Source of the DNA: Guillardia theta CCMP2712
Lineage: Eukaryota; Protista; Cryptophyta
DNA: 64,000 nucleotides
Assembly (NCBI RefSeq): GCF_000315625.1
Contig: NW_005434557.1
Span: 134,386 to 198,385 of the forward strand
Reading direction: 5' to 3'
A program made the position numbers and the translations under genes. This document shows positions 63,349-64,000 of the stretch, piece after piece (the stretch's first letter is position 1; every line of letters starts with the position of its first letter). The notes under the pieces were generated by a model. That model did not search any database, was not told the DNA's origin, and saw nothing but the letters and a program-made list of their open reading frames with translations.

Positions 63349-64000
63349 TCGAGTAGCAACGAAGAGGTAGCAGGAGCAACAGAGCACGCCGAGTGAAGAA
63401 TCAAGTCATGGAACATTCATTCACGCCCTTGCTTCTTCACCACTAGCGCCGCAGTTAAAAATCTGGGAATTCCATGTTCGCCGCCTGAAGGTGTTTCTCT
63501 CCACCGACCATCCCGTTTGAAGGAGACGAAGGCAACTGATGCAGCAGCAAACACGTCCCTAGTCGAACGTTCTATCCCTTCCATCATTGCGATTCTCCAC
63601 CTCCGATGTTGTTCAACTACAAGTTGAGGGTCAGCCACACAGAAGGTGCTGATGAGTGAGGAAGAGGAGGAGTACGAGGATGAAGAGGAGAAGGACGAGG
63701 AGGAAGAGGAGAAGGAAGAGGAAGAGGAAGAGGAGGTGGTAGTGGTGGTGAACTAGGAAGAGGAAAAGGAAGCGGCGAGAGGAGGATGGAGTTTGGTGTA
63801 GAAACAGTATCATAGCATTGCAGGAGCAGGGAGGGATGACGTGGGCGAGGAGGTGAGGTCACGGGAGACTTGCCTGGCAGGAGGGCAGCTGAATCCCTTC
63901 GTTCCCTGTGGCCCCCCAGGCAACCCCACCATCATCATCTCCAGACGATGGGATCTCGGGACAACTTCGGTGATTCAGTCAGTCGCAGGAAAGGAAATGA

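Noticed and set aside
62630-64000. Genes at the right edge (62530-63270 +, 62988-63638 -)
   Set aside because: Mostly CT-rich degenerate repeat. A 3' gene end on the minus strand may be present but no consistent frame could be supported

Overview
Gene-dense, intron-rich (mostly 43-60 nt introns), microsatellite-rich eukaryotic nuclear DNA. A head-to-head pair of nuclear phycoerythrin alpha-subunit genes (cpeA) with bipartite plastid presequences identifies it as a cryptophyte, most likely Guillardia theta (inference). About 20 protein genes can be traced by hand: DEK-C protein (partial), METTL13/SpeE-like methyltransferase, ankyrin protein, a giant PA-kinase-pseudophosphatase, LRR-UBA protein, two cpeA, CDK-like kinase, purple acid phosphatase, DsbA/FrnE oxidoreductase, PDK/BCKDK, MFSD5/MOT2, NDUFA13, a divergent p300/CBP-type HAT, a fucosyltransferase-like protein and several hypotheticals. 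Four things stand out, and the ORF track misses or misreads all of them. (1) The DsbA/FrnE gene is a selenoprotein, with an in-frame TGA in a UPWC active site, a well-formed type II SECIS in the 3' UTR and a plastid-type presequence. (2) A 34-codon microprotein gene has extreme codon bias. (3) A spliced Crypton tyrosine-recombinase gene has an intact frame but lacks its catalytic Tyr and Trp. (4) A PA-domain cassette lies between direct repeats inside the giant kinase. Two classes of recurring intergenic sequence islands sit upstream of genes. Exon boundaries were derived manually and some gene ends are approximate.
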